Assembly (NCBI GenBank): GCA_905178155.1
Contig: CAJINV010000019.1
Location: 1,100,913-1,164,912 of the forward strand
From: Amoebophrya sp. A120
Taxonomy: Eukaryota; Protista; Dinoflagellata
Reading direction: 5' to 3'
DNA: 64,000 nucleotides
Shown in pieces: positions 27,201-38,200 of this stretch (the first letter of the stretch is position 1; the number at the start of each line of letters is the position of its first letter). A program made the translations under genes and the position numbers. Below the pieces are notes generated by a model, which was not told the DNA's origin, searched no databases, and was given only the letters and a program-made list of their open reading frames with translations.

Positions 27201-28051
27201 GAACTTGTAATGCTGTAAACAGGATCAGCAGATCGATTTGTGATGCGGCTTTCCTTGCTAACTTGCACTACCTTACGGACTGAAACTTGTCATGCGTGAC
27301 TCACAAAACTCCTAGGTTTGTGTTGCAAAATCCCCATCCCGACTCTGGTGTGGGTACGTTTTTACTCAGGATAAGCCCGTGCGCGACACCCACCCGACAT
27401 CCAGATGGCGGGCGCGGCGGCGAATCACATGCAGGCCGTTATCCAAGTTCACCTCGAAAAAGATAGCAAATGTAAAAATGTCTGGGTCTGGAAGATTGCA
27501 ACTTGTCATGCTGTTTTTGGACTCTAAAAAAATTTGTATTGCATGCCCAGCAAGAGGGGCGCAGTTTGCGCTACACGGACAGGGCATTTCTCATGCGGAA
27601 GGTGCATCAGGAACCCCTCTAAAAGTCTGCGACGCTAGGTCATGCATTACAGGCATCATGGGTCATGAGAAATATGCATGACAAATCTTGCATTCTTCCA
27701 GACCCAGACATTTTTGCATTTGATAAAAGACGCCTGCGAGCAAAATTACCTCGGTGAGGCTGCAGGCTTATGCAAAGACAAAAATGTTACAGGTGTTACA
27801 CACATGGTCTAGAATGCAGACCGAAAAAAAAAAACCACGTCTGTCCTGAAGGACATTAGGCTCGGAGGTCTAAGTAGCTTCATGGGTGGCTCTTTCTCTG
27901 ATGAGCTCTGTCTTGCAAGTTTTCGCTGTCATGCAGAGATGATGAATTTGCGTTGCTGAAGTTACAACAAAGGTGTATTTGTAACACTTTTGTCTTGGGA
28001 TAAAGCTACGAGAAAAACCGATACGGGGGAAAGCCACGATTTTTCTGCCAT
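21264..28051 (-). CDS. Predicted membrane protein with IQ motif and C2-like domain (multi-exon; may be two genes)
   Basis: Starts MAEKSWLSPVSVFLVACSLTEV with hydrophobic segments. IQ motif AVRIQSNVRRFLERR; C2-like LRIEVLSV..NPFVRIEC..YLTVWS..EFLGRCVVDL..GEISIRLQF. Ten element excisions keep the frame. The link at 26.5-27.0 kb is not resolved. Confidence 0.6.
21793..22072. mobile_element. Introner family D
   Basis: TSD gcagc/gcagc; frame restored. Confidence 0.92.
22126..22378. mobile_element. Introner family A
   Basis: TSD acaca/acaca; frame restored (DYVFRLP). Confidence 0.92.
22418..22671. mobile_element. Introner family A (variant right TIR)
   Basis: TSD cctcg/cctcg; frame restored (EVARQGAG). 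Confidence 0.92.
22729..23181. mobile_element. Introner family D, expanded
   Basis: TSD gcggc/gcggc; left terminus CAT; ~170 bp T-rich internal insertion; frame restored (GAADLEF). Confidence 0.85.
24369..24630. mobile_element. Introner family A
   Basis: TSD cctcg/cctcg; joins ORFs 24524..25180 and 23474..24280 in frame. Confidence 0.92.
25239..25503. mobile_element. Introner family F, aged
   Basis: TSD cgaga/cgaga; excision gives VLLALAFWP. Confidence 0.85.
26066..26327. mobile_element. Introner family A
   Basis: TSD ggttt/ggttt; excision gives RYKPRLV. Confidence 0.92.
27095..27373. mobile_element. Introner family D
   Basis: TSD agccc/agccc; near-perfect ~32 bp TIR. Confidence 0.92.
27464..27725. 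mobile_element. Introner family A (TAG left terminus)
   Basis: TSD aaaga/aaaga; excision gives AGVFFEV. Confidence 0.9.
27769..28002. mobile_element. Introner family F, aged
   Basis: Flanks aggct/aagct; TIR ..aagacaaaa(a/g)tgttaca; excision gives FLVACSL. Confidence 0.8.
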
Positions 28052-29448
28052 AATTTTTCTTCTTCAACTTCTACACCTACCAGACCCGCCGTCTCTAGGC
28101 TCCTCGGGCCATCGCACTCTGTCTTTGTCCCTAGAGGAAAACATGCATCAAGCAACAAGTTCTTCCAACTCTAGGAAACGGAACGAGTCCGAAAATGCAT
28201 GGCAATGCTCAACATTTGTCACTTTCAAAATGAACCGGCAAAACGCCGCGCTGCGACAAAAGACCGAGCTGACTCTACTTTCATCTCCACGAGAACTAGA
28301 ATCGATAGGGTGCTGCCCGCACCGCGCACGTCGTGGCACGACAGTGCTGAAAATGTTGGTAGCGAGCGAGTGTTTTCTTTTTTCTTTTCGTCCGTTTCGA
28401 AGTCAGCAGCCGATTCCGCATAATAAATTCAATTCTTCTTGTTTAATAAGTACCAGGCCCAGCAACTTCCAGCGGTCTGTGGCGCAGCCCCCCGGGAAAA
28501 GCTGTCACTAGTTCTCGCAATGACAGCACACACCTTCGGAAAGGTGGAAGACAAAAAGTAGAAAAAGGACTTTGGAAAAAGCACAACTCGGTCAGTGTCA
28601 ACATTTGCGATGAAGCAGTAGAGACAAGAACTTTGTTTGACTAGAGTAAAAATTCTTGAACATGTTGTCAAGTTGTACAGCACTAAATGACAAGTATACG
28701 TTGTACACGACTATCGCAGGAGCTCCCAAGCCTGACCCACACTCTTGCTTGCTTCCGACAGGAAATCGGCAGAAGCATGCTCATACACTTGTTCGATCCT
28801 AACTTCTGAACGGAGCGCGGTCGCACACCACGTCAGGATCTTAACCCCGGAATTTCCAGAAGTGCCGCAGGACGGAAAACTTCTAGGTGCCGAAGTAGCT
28901 CTATTAAGGGCGTACAAGAGAGGTAGATGAGCCCGGTCAGTACAATCGTAATCGTAATCCATAAGCAGAAATAAGTACTAAGAGTATCAATGAAGATCGC
29001 GTCGACATTTTTTGACTTTTTGGAGATAATATTACCGAAGGTCGCGCTACTAGAAAAATGTGCTTGAGTTGTACAGACGCAACAGTAGAAGTAAAGAGCA
29101 GCACTAGTGGTGTAGTACAAGAAATGCTATCAGGTACATTTTAAGTAACTGGCTCGTAGACGTAGACTATGAGCGTGCACAACTCCCCTTCCCCCTCACT
29201 TGTGTGGTCGATTAACAGCAAAGCAAACACCAGCACACGTGGAGTTCGTGCATAAGAATTGTGCTGTTTGGGCTTCCGGATGAGTTCGGGATGCAAACAC
29301 TGCCAACGCAGCAACTAGATTGTGCATTTTGCATGACGAATGAAGGGGGCGCCGGGGAGTAGTTGTGCATTCCGATATTAGAACTAGAAGCTGAGCTCGA
29401 CATATTGAAATAGTGGGACCCTTACCAAATATAGCCGCCGAGGCGGGG

Positions 29449-30227
29449 GTAGTGAGGTCAAGCGGGGTTTTTTTGACTCGACGACGCCGGGTCTTTTTGC
29501 TCTTTCCACAGGAGAAACGCTCTCCCGCACGCTATGGCCCCACGAGGGCTTCCGCCAGGGTCGGCCCTGTGGGCCGCCCACATCGGGCCCATAGCATGCG
29601 GGCTGGCTTGCTGCATTTGGCGGGATTTGCGTCCTTTGGTTTTTTTTGTTGAAAAGCCGCGCCCCTGCCGCCTCCTGAATCGAAACGCCTTCCCGCATGC
29701 TATAGCCACCCCCGGGCCTCCACCAAGCCCGGCCCCATGGGCCCCCAAAATTGGGCCCATAGCATGCGGGTTAGCTTTTAGCTTTTGGCGAGCTTTCCGC
29801 TTTTTGTTGCTTTTTGTTGAAAAGTCGCACTTTTTGGATTGCTCCCCGCATTACAAATGCCCGACTTTGGTGGCCGTCTTTGCGACCTCCGAAAGTGGCC
29901 AAAAATGGTGGCCATAGCATACGGATTCGCCGCTTTTGTCGTCTTGGCATTTTTTCGGCGCCCCTTTTTGGGCGCCCCAAATCGGCGGAATCAGGTGCGC
30001 TGGGCGCCTCAGAATGGCGCCCCTTTTGCTGGCTCCTCTGCGTCGTTTTTTCAAGCGGCGACCGATAGAATCCGCTGGCGATTCGGTGCCAGGTCAGCCA
30101 GGGCCGCTTGATAAGTGGAGACTTTTTTCGTGCAAAAAGCCGTCCGGCCGCTTGAAAACTGCCGGTCGTTTTGCTGTCTTGGTGGCAAAAAAACTCCCCG
30201 GTTAGAACCGTTCGGTGACCTCACTAC
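29449..30227. mobile_element. Intergenic TIR element (MITE-like) with internal tandem hairpin units, unrelated to the introners
   Basis: gtagtgaggtca (29449-29460) and tgacctcactac (30216-30227) form a perfect 12-bp inverted pair; internal ~170-bp units are repeated. Confidence 0.6.
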
Positions 30228-30260
30228 ATACAAATTCTCTTTCTTAAGCGATTCCCCCTA

Positions 30261-33200
30261 TCATGTCCCAAACCCGTTGTCTGTGAGCCACTTCGCTACC
30301 TCCTCGTGGGTTGCGGCCTTTTTTGTGTATCGCTCGAAAAAGTTGTGAGTCACTGTAACGATATTTTGCAGGACCTGGCGCCTCAGCACACGTTCGTCTT
30401 CATGCATCACAAACAAACAAAGTCTCAAATGCGTACCTCTCATACCAAAGAAACACGGCTAAAAATGATCCTCTGTCTGGCATTTCTAGCAAGACAAAAC
30501 GCGTCTGTCTGATGATGTTGTCCAGCCCCCCCAGTTTTATCTTGGCAGTGAATCAGTTTCAGTAGTTTTCACTTGCGATATTATGAACGGCAACTGCAAT
30601 AAATTATCCGCACCCAGCCGCACGAATCACATAGAAAAGCGCACCCCTAGCATTTCCGACTATGTGTGTTGTGGTAGTTTTTACCTTCTTCTCGCGAAAG
30701 CTTCTTGAAGTGGCTGTGCAGCATGACAAGTTTTTTGGCACCCGAACCCCTCCACTGGTACTTGCGTATGATTGCAATTGCAGGTGACACAGCACCACAA
30801 GATTTTTGTACTCGCAGGACCAATAAGTAAGTCGATACAGCAACACAAGTTCTTTTTTTTTTTGCTGATCATTAGATGGGTGTACAACTTTTCTGTGTGA
30901 TAGGAAGGTTGTATCGCGCACCAGCGCTTTTTCGATGAATTCGCAAAGTTCAGGAGAATACCTGTGGTTGTACAGAATCGTATAGGAAGGATGAATGCAT
31001 AAGTTTAAGTGTTCATATTCCAAACTACGGTGGTTCCCTTTGACACTGCGTTTTTGATGTTCAATCATTCAAATGCATTTGCTTTTTTGCATTTAAGTCA
31101 GTACGTTTCCTTGTCCAGCCGGGGCTCCTGTCGAGTGCAGAGATAGTCGAACAGCACGGGAAATGAGGTTATGTTCGGGAAGGGGTACTGTCGCGTCGCA
31201 AGCTCGTAGATGACCATCCCCACACTCCATATGTCTGAGGCGTAGCTGTATCGCAAGAAAAAAGTGTTACAGTGACACATTGCGTTGCAAGACCGGCAAC
31301 ACAGACAACCTCTCTCATGCAGGAAATGCTTGGAAGCCTCGTTTCCTTCCTGTTTTCCCTTATGATCTTCGCATTACAAGTTTTCTCTGCCACACAGAGA
31401 AAATTTGTGATGCAGAAACTCCAACAAATGTGTCACTGTAACACTTTTTTCTCATGATAAGCTGTAGTCTTGGCCTAGTGCGCGTTCCGGGGACATGTAC
31501 GTCGCAGTGCCGACAAACCTACAAGATGATCGGTTTCTTCATCCAATTCGCATCACCGCAAAAGGGCACAAGTTGCAGTGTCGCACCGCATCACAAGATC
31601 TAGAACGCAGAAACAGTGCTTGATCATATCAGATGACAGACGATAGATCGCCGAGATACTAGACAGATAATATCGTAGACAGCCTCGGCCTCAATCGATG
31701 AGCAGCAAGGTGAGGAACTACAAGAAAAACAGAAAACTATATATACGTCGCTGCCATGGCTACGGTCGAATTCAAGTCCCTTGATATCCCGAAGTCGGTG
31801 AGCTTCACGTGCCCCGTGCTGTTCATCAAAATGTTCTCTGGCTTTATGTCCCGATGCAGCATCTTCTTTTTTCCGTGAAGATGTGCAAGCCCGAGCAGGA
31901 CGTCTTGCGCTATACCTGTTGTAGTAGTTTTTTGGATAACATAGAAGTCGATACATTGGCTGTCCAAGTAGCATGACAAGTGCCACTGTTTTGCATTTTC
32001 TGCATCACAGACTTATCCAGGTAGTTGTACTTGCGAGGATTTTTTCTGGCACCCCCTTGACGTCGGCGGGAAGTCTCTTCTTGACGTCAGCCGGATATTC
32101 TCTGCAAATTTACCGCACACGACGAAGCAAGACTGCGGCCCCCGAAAGACAGCGCCACTTTCCTCTCTTTATTTCACATGACACTTTGCCTCTTCGCTTC
32201 CGGCGGAGGTTTGCAATATATTCTCATACATGATGTTGCACTGCGGTACACGTTCTGTTGTACGGTAAATTTGTAATATTGCATACCAGGCTACCGCGGT
32301 CCATGAGTTCCAGTGCCACGTGTACGGCGCCGGTGTTTTTCGCGACGAAAGCTGCGTACCACTGGACTAGCTGCGGGCAGCCCTGGGCATTTATGAGTCC
32401 CTTTATTTCGTTCAGCATCTGCTCTTTCTTCGCCTTCGCGTCCACTTTTATCGTTTTTATCGCCACCGGCGTCCCGGTGGGCTTGTGAATGCCCTTTTGC
32501 ACGATGCCGCACGGTATGCGATTGGGAAAAATATTTTTCAAGTGGCGAAAGGGAGATGTAAATGAAATCACTATGTAAATTGATTCAACATGCGACAACT
32601 GATCTTTTAAGGCCATCGACGTTCTGCTTAGACTGCAGAATATTGATTGCAACAAAACATAGCAGATAAAAAACTACACATCCTTCGGTGTGTCTTCCTA
32701 CATCGGTCGGTGCAAAAGGTCCTGCAGAAACTACAAATCTAAAAAAAAAAATCTCCTCTTCACAACCTTGAACCATAGTAGGGCTGCATTTCATACCGGC
32801 GCCGTGGCCCTATCACAGTGAAAAATGCCCCCCACCCCAAATTGCAAGAATTTGTGATGCGAAGTTTCCAAATGAAAGCTTTTTGTCATGCATGAAAGGA
32901 GTGCGAATCTTTCTGATGCAGATTCTAGTCGTGTTTCGCATCGCTTGCATGACAAGCACCGCTCTTGCTGGGATCTTTTGCAATACAAATTTTTGCTATT
33001 CACGATCGGAAATCCGTGATGCTGATACACGCAAGAGGGCGAATGTTTCATTTGGAAAGATTTGCAATACAAATGCTTTCAAGTTCGGGGGTGGGGGCAT
33101 TTTTCATTGTAATAGGCCCAGCATGTTGTCCTCTAGCTCTATGTCGGCGGGCGAGAGCTTATACCTGTGTATATGTACTTAAGTCAAGTCTCAACATATC

Positions 33201-34312
33201 ATAATCTGTACTGCCCATGCGCGCACGTCGATGATACGCAGTTCTGTCATGCGAACAAGTTCTCCGTTGATCAGACCACGAATCTAAAAGAGTGAGTTAT
33301 CAAATGTAAAAATGTCTGGGTCTGGAAACTTGTGATGCTGGGTGGCGTCTCATGATGAGGCCAGAAATGCTGGCTCAGCATCACAAGTTTCTGAGCTTCT
33401 AGGGGTTGCCTGTTCTGCATGACAAACTGCGTTTCTGCATCACAGAAAAATGGAGCTCTTGGGTAACTTGCATGACAGATTTAAGAGTCATGCCAAACAA
33501 GCATGACAAACATGCATTCTTCCAGACCCAGACATTTTTACATTTGATATGAATACTGTTGCCCATCCATCTGCACGCCGCCCTCCGCGGATATCTTCAT
33601 TATGCATTGCAAATGTGTCTGGGTCTGGAATTTGTCATACTTGTCTGAAATGGCTCTGAAATCTGTGATGCACAACGACCGGAACAAGAAGACCTAGACC
33701 ACTCTTGCCTGTCGTCATGCAGAGCCGGTGATTTTCCATCATGCGAAATACGCAACAGAAAGCAGCTCGGCATTTATCATGTTTCGATGCGTACTTACTG
33801 AAATTAAGTATGCGCCCCCCCCTTATACAGCCTTGCATCGAGACCCAGACACATAATTTCCACCTGATATTCATCCCGCTGGGTCGATGCTCGATGCTCC
33901 CGTCCGCTCCGACGGACCACTATCGAAAGGACGAAAGTTCCCCCCTCCCCATATCAAAACGAAGTCTCTGATGCCGGATTTGTGTACACAGATCCGGGCT
34001 GTCTTGCTGGAGAGCACTGCAGGCCCATATCAAGTCTGAGTAGAGAGGTTTTGGCGTAGGCGCTTAGCATAACAAACGTCCGCGCTGTAGGCCCAACAGC
34101 ATGACAAACCGCCTGCGCAATGCGGCGGCTGTCTGCGGAGTTGCCTTCTTGCAAGACAGACACGACTTGTGGCCACAAATCAGCATCACAGATTTCCAAA
34201 CGTGTACCTTTCCAGTATGAGGAGGGGGAATTTTTCCTTTTGATAACCACGTCATGGACACCGTGTCCTCCGGCTCCACGTCCACACAAAACTGCAGCTT
34301 CGGCGGGGGCAT
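30261..34312 (-). CDS. Mitogen-activated protein kinase kinase (MAP2K/STE7 family)
   Basis: LGHGA(G/C)[59 protein letters not shown]; ends TDNGFGT*. Confidence 0.9.
30328..30580. mobile_element. Aged introner (family F-like)
   Basis: Flanks ttgtg/ttatg; excision gives LLQLPFIKKA. Confidence 0.75.
30625..30902. mobile_element. Aged introner (family F-like)
   Basis: Residual TIR aatcacatagaaaag / cttttctgtgtgata; flanks gcacg/ggaag; restores kinase subdomain XI (VRDTTxRLGAD). Confidence 0.72.
31249..31459. mobile_element. Introner family F (~210 bp)
   Basis: TSD agctg/agctg; restores [10 protein letters not shown]. Confidence 0.94.
32096..32285. mobile_element. Fossil introner
   Basis: TAT..ATA ends; flanks ccgga/ccagg; restores RGSLADV; no in-frame AG acceptor. 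Confidence 0.7.
32515..32795. mobile_element. Fossil introner
   Basis: TAT..ATA ends; flanks cacgg/ccggc; restores Gly-rich loop LGHGAxGIV. Confidence 0.7.
32811..33114. mobile_element. Introner family E
   Basis: TSD ggccc/ggccc; restores MLGHGA. Confidence 0.93.
33298..33549. mobile_element. Family A element nested 7 nt inside a GT-AG intron
   Basis: Flanks tgagt/tgaat; host intron ~33165-33556 (QQ|YKLSP). Confidence 0.88.
33601..33869. mobile_element. Introner family A, aged
   Basis: TSD ttcat/ttcat; excision gives SGMKISAE. Confidence 0.85.
33921..34245. mobile_element. Introner family E
   Basis: TSD accac/accac; excision gives MTWSVGAD. Confidence 0.9.
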
Positions 34313-35253
34313 TTTTTCGTCCAGCTTTTTGAAGATGTAAGGACAATGACGAAAGAAGTTCTTTAGCAAAGAGTCGACGATCGACGTCGTCCACTCTTTA
34401 TTCACCTTCCTTGTGGTGCATTTAAGGTTCGAGTAGGCTCACTTGGGTCGAGTAGCCGTCACGACCACTGGCGGAGACGTTGACTACTGGACAAGCGCCA
34501 GACAGAGGACCAAGTCGGGCATTTTTTTGGATTTCTTTATTCACAGCTTCATTCTTAAGAATCTACATGAGCCTCCTGCAGAAAAATGGATGACGAAGTA
34601 CAATACTTAAGAAGTACAACGAAAACAATCTACAGAAGTGGAAAAAAAAGCGTTCGTAGATTCTGTGAAGCAAAAACCCTCAAAAATGCCGCCACTAGGT
34701 AACACAAACGTTGCTGATGCCAGCAGCAACATCAATCGCTCTCAAGTAAAAATCACTTCTCGCTCATTCTCAGGAAACCGCGAGGACAGGAGGTGGCGGA
34801 ACTACTAATCCCCCCGTCCGTGGTCCCTTCGTGTTCGTCGCTCAGCTAGTAATGAACTCCTACCAGGTTCACGTCTACTTTAGGTAGGAGTAGGACGCAC
34901 AAAAAAGAAAGTCATATCACCGTGCCAGTAGCGCTCAAAGACAGAGAACAGAATTACGCAAGAGCTGACCTGCGACACGTTGTCGCACTAGGCTTGGATA
35001 ATTGCCCTTCTCCCTACCGGAGGCAGGAGCGTAGTGGTAGGTGATGATACTTTTCCATCTCAAGATGAATCAATCAAGTGCCTTTATGTATTGGTCGCTA
35101 TGAGGTAGTGTCGTCAGTGGTGGAGACAGAAACCCAACATTGAAAAATTACGGGTCGAGAGGTGGTCGATGCCGTACGATTTTAGGCCTGCATTTTATGT
35201 ACCTCAGGCTCAGATCGCACGGCAGCCAGAGTTGCATTATTCTATGGCCCCGC

Positions 35254-38200
35254 TCAGTCTCGCTCCAAATTATCTGTGAGACCCTTTTCCTATGAAATGC
35301 CAAAATGTCTGGGTCTGGAAGGATGCAAGTTTGTCATGCTTGTCTCACATGACTCTTGAATTTGTCATGCACATTACCCAAGAGCCCCATTTTTCTGTCA
35401 TGCAGAAACGCACTTTTTCATGCAGAATAGGCAACACCTAGAAGCTCAGAAACTTGTCATGCTGAGCCAGCACCTGTGGCCTCCTCACGATACGCCACCC
35501 AGCATCACAAGTTTCCAGGCCCAGACATTTTTGCATTTGATATTTCCAGCCGCGCGCCCCGGGATCTGAGCACGGTTTTTAAGTCCCGGTCTTGCTCCAG
35601 AAACGCGGTTATGCATCGCAAAAGTATCAGAATCCTGCTTGCAGTAATTGCATTTACAACTTTATTGTGTCGCTTAGTCGATGAAAATATAGAGTTTGTC
35701 ATGCTGATGTACTCACTTACAACTACCTCAGAACCCGAACACTTGTCATGCAAATTGCGATTACTACCAGTAATATCGGATACAATACTTTTGCCATTCA
35801 TAGCGTTTTGCGCGAGGCGGCCGACGAAGCCCATTTTTCGCTGGTCCAACTCGCCCTGCTCGACCTGGTCGTGCATCTTTTGGCGTTCCAGGTCCTCGAG
35901 TCTCTGCTTTTTCTGTTCGAGCTCCTCCATTCCCTGCAGCTGCTTCTTCTTGTTCTTCTCGTACTGATCCCCCGCGTTCATCATCTCATTCAACCGTCTT
36001 TGCTTTTCCTCTGCGGACAGCTGGTTCGCGGTGTTGCCCGCGTAATTCCGGTTGTTTCGTTCCTGCTCGCGCTGCTGCCGCTCTTCAAACGCGTTCAACT
36101 TCCCACCCGCCCTCTGCTGGCCCCCGCCGAACAGGTCCGCGTGCTTCCGTCGCAGCGCATCGTCAGGAGCGGAAGTAGAAGTAGCCGCCGGGTAGTTGTT
36201 GTTCTGGTGGAGGTCTTCACGAGCAGACCTAAGTCCACCCGCTGATGTCGTCCCTCTGCGATGATCGTACGTGGCGCGATGATCATGGTGATCCGCACTG
36301 TAATTCGTTTTTCCGACCGGGTCGTCGTGCATCCGCCGTCGGTTGCGTGAGTCCCCGCGTTGGGGTCGGGGTCCTCGTCCTCTGTCGTCATAATGCTGCT
36401 TGCCGTGGTGGTCTCGCTCCTCTCGCCGAGGATTTCTCCGCCCACGGCTGTCACGCCTTGACCTCGACCTCCGCCTGGACCTCGACCGGGAGTAGCTTTT
36501 CCTGTGCGCCGCGCCGCCACGGCCTCTTTCGCCACGTTCGCGCGGGGGCGAGGAGGACGTTTTTTGCTCTTTCCTCTGCTGGTCTACTCCACCCCTTTCG
36601 GGCGACTTCCCGCGTCCTCGGGCAGGAGCCTCTTCCTCTTTCCTCTTCTTGGCATTTTTCAAACCGGTCTCGGGAATAGAGCCGGCGCTGCTATCGGAGC
36701 TACTACTACTGCTTCCTGAAGAATCTTCGTCTTCACTACTGCTGGAGGTAGCTGAAGTGGAGCGACCCTTTTTTTTCCCTTTTTTCTTTTTTGCTTTTTT
36801 CATCTTCTTTTCCTTTTTCAATCGCTTCTTCTCCTTTTTCTTTTCCTTTTTCAATCGCTTCTTCTCCTTCTTTCGGCCCTTCTTCGTGTTTTTAGCGAGT
36901 TCTGCGATTTCCTTTTTCTTAGCCTGCTCGTACCGCTTCCGCGCCTCCGCAGCAAGGTCTTCCTCCTGCTCCTGCTCGCGCTTCGCGGCGAGCCGCGCTT
37001 GGATTAGCGGGTTCGCGTCGATGATCTTTTGCCGCCGAATTTCTTCCTCTTTGATCTTGAACATCGGGTCCTCGTGCACTTTCTTCAGCAAGTCCGCGCC
37101 GGTGTTGCGCTGCAAAAAGAGGGCACTGTAATTATATGAGGGAAGTTTCTTCGAGTATACTACTGCTCATTCGGTACACGATAATTTGAATTCTTATGCA
37201 AGTTAGACGCCTCGAAATTTTGGGATTACCACATACAGAAAACGTAGTTGCAGATGAATTAAACATACAAATCCAACAAGAACTTCTACTCTCTAGCTGC
37301 ACTAATAATACCCTTTCCCTGTGGTGTCGACCGCGGCTGCCGTGTTATTTTTCAAGGCTGCCTCGGCATCCTCATTCATCTTTTCATCCTGCTCCTTCTC
37401 GGTCAGCTCAACCGCCCCCTCGTACATTATCAAGTGCAAAAATGTCTGGGTCTGGAAGAATTCATGTTTGTCATGCTTGTCTGGCATGACTCTTAAATCT
37501 GTCATGCATGTTACCCAAGAGCTGCGTTTTTCTGTGATGCAGAAGCGCAGTTTGTCATGCAGAATAGGCAACACCTAGGATGCAGAAACTTGTCATGCTG
37601 AGCCAGCATTTGTAGCCTCATCGTGAGACGCTACCCAGCATCACAAGCTCCCAGACCCAGACATTTTTACACTTGATATACATCCAGTCAATGCGATCTA
37701 CCTGCGGAAGCTGGTGCACCCCGAAGGAGCTGTCTATTACCGTTAAAAATGCCCCCACCCCCAAAGCTGCAATAGTTTGTGATGCATAAGGTTTTCAAAT
37801 GAAGAACTTTTTATCTATGCGTGAAAGGAATATGAATCTGTGTGATGCAGAGTCTAGGCGTATATAGCATTGCTTGCATGACAAGCGCCGCTCTTGCTGG
37901 CATCTGTTGCAATACAGCTTTTCGCTCTTCACGATTGGAAATCTGTGATGCTGCTACATGCAAGAGGGCGAATGTTTCTGTTGGAAAGGTTTGCAATAGA
38001 AATGCTCCTAAGTTCGGGGTTGGGGGCGTTTTTCATTGTGATACTGTCCTTCGTCTGCTTCTGCGGGTCCACCGCGTACATCGGGCCGGGTTTCCAATTA
38101 TCACACTGAAAAATCCCCCCCATACTCAAAGTCGAATTTGTGTAGCATGATTTGTCGTCACAAATCACGTTGTCGTGCTAGAAGGGAAGGGATGTTGCGG

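Noticed and set aside
35150-35235. tRNA-like start (gggtcgagaggtggtc...)
   Set aside because: No TTC T-loop and no consistent cloverleaf.
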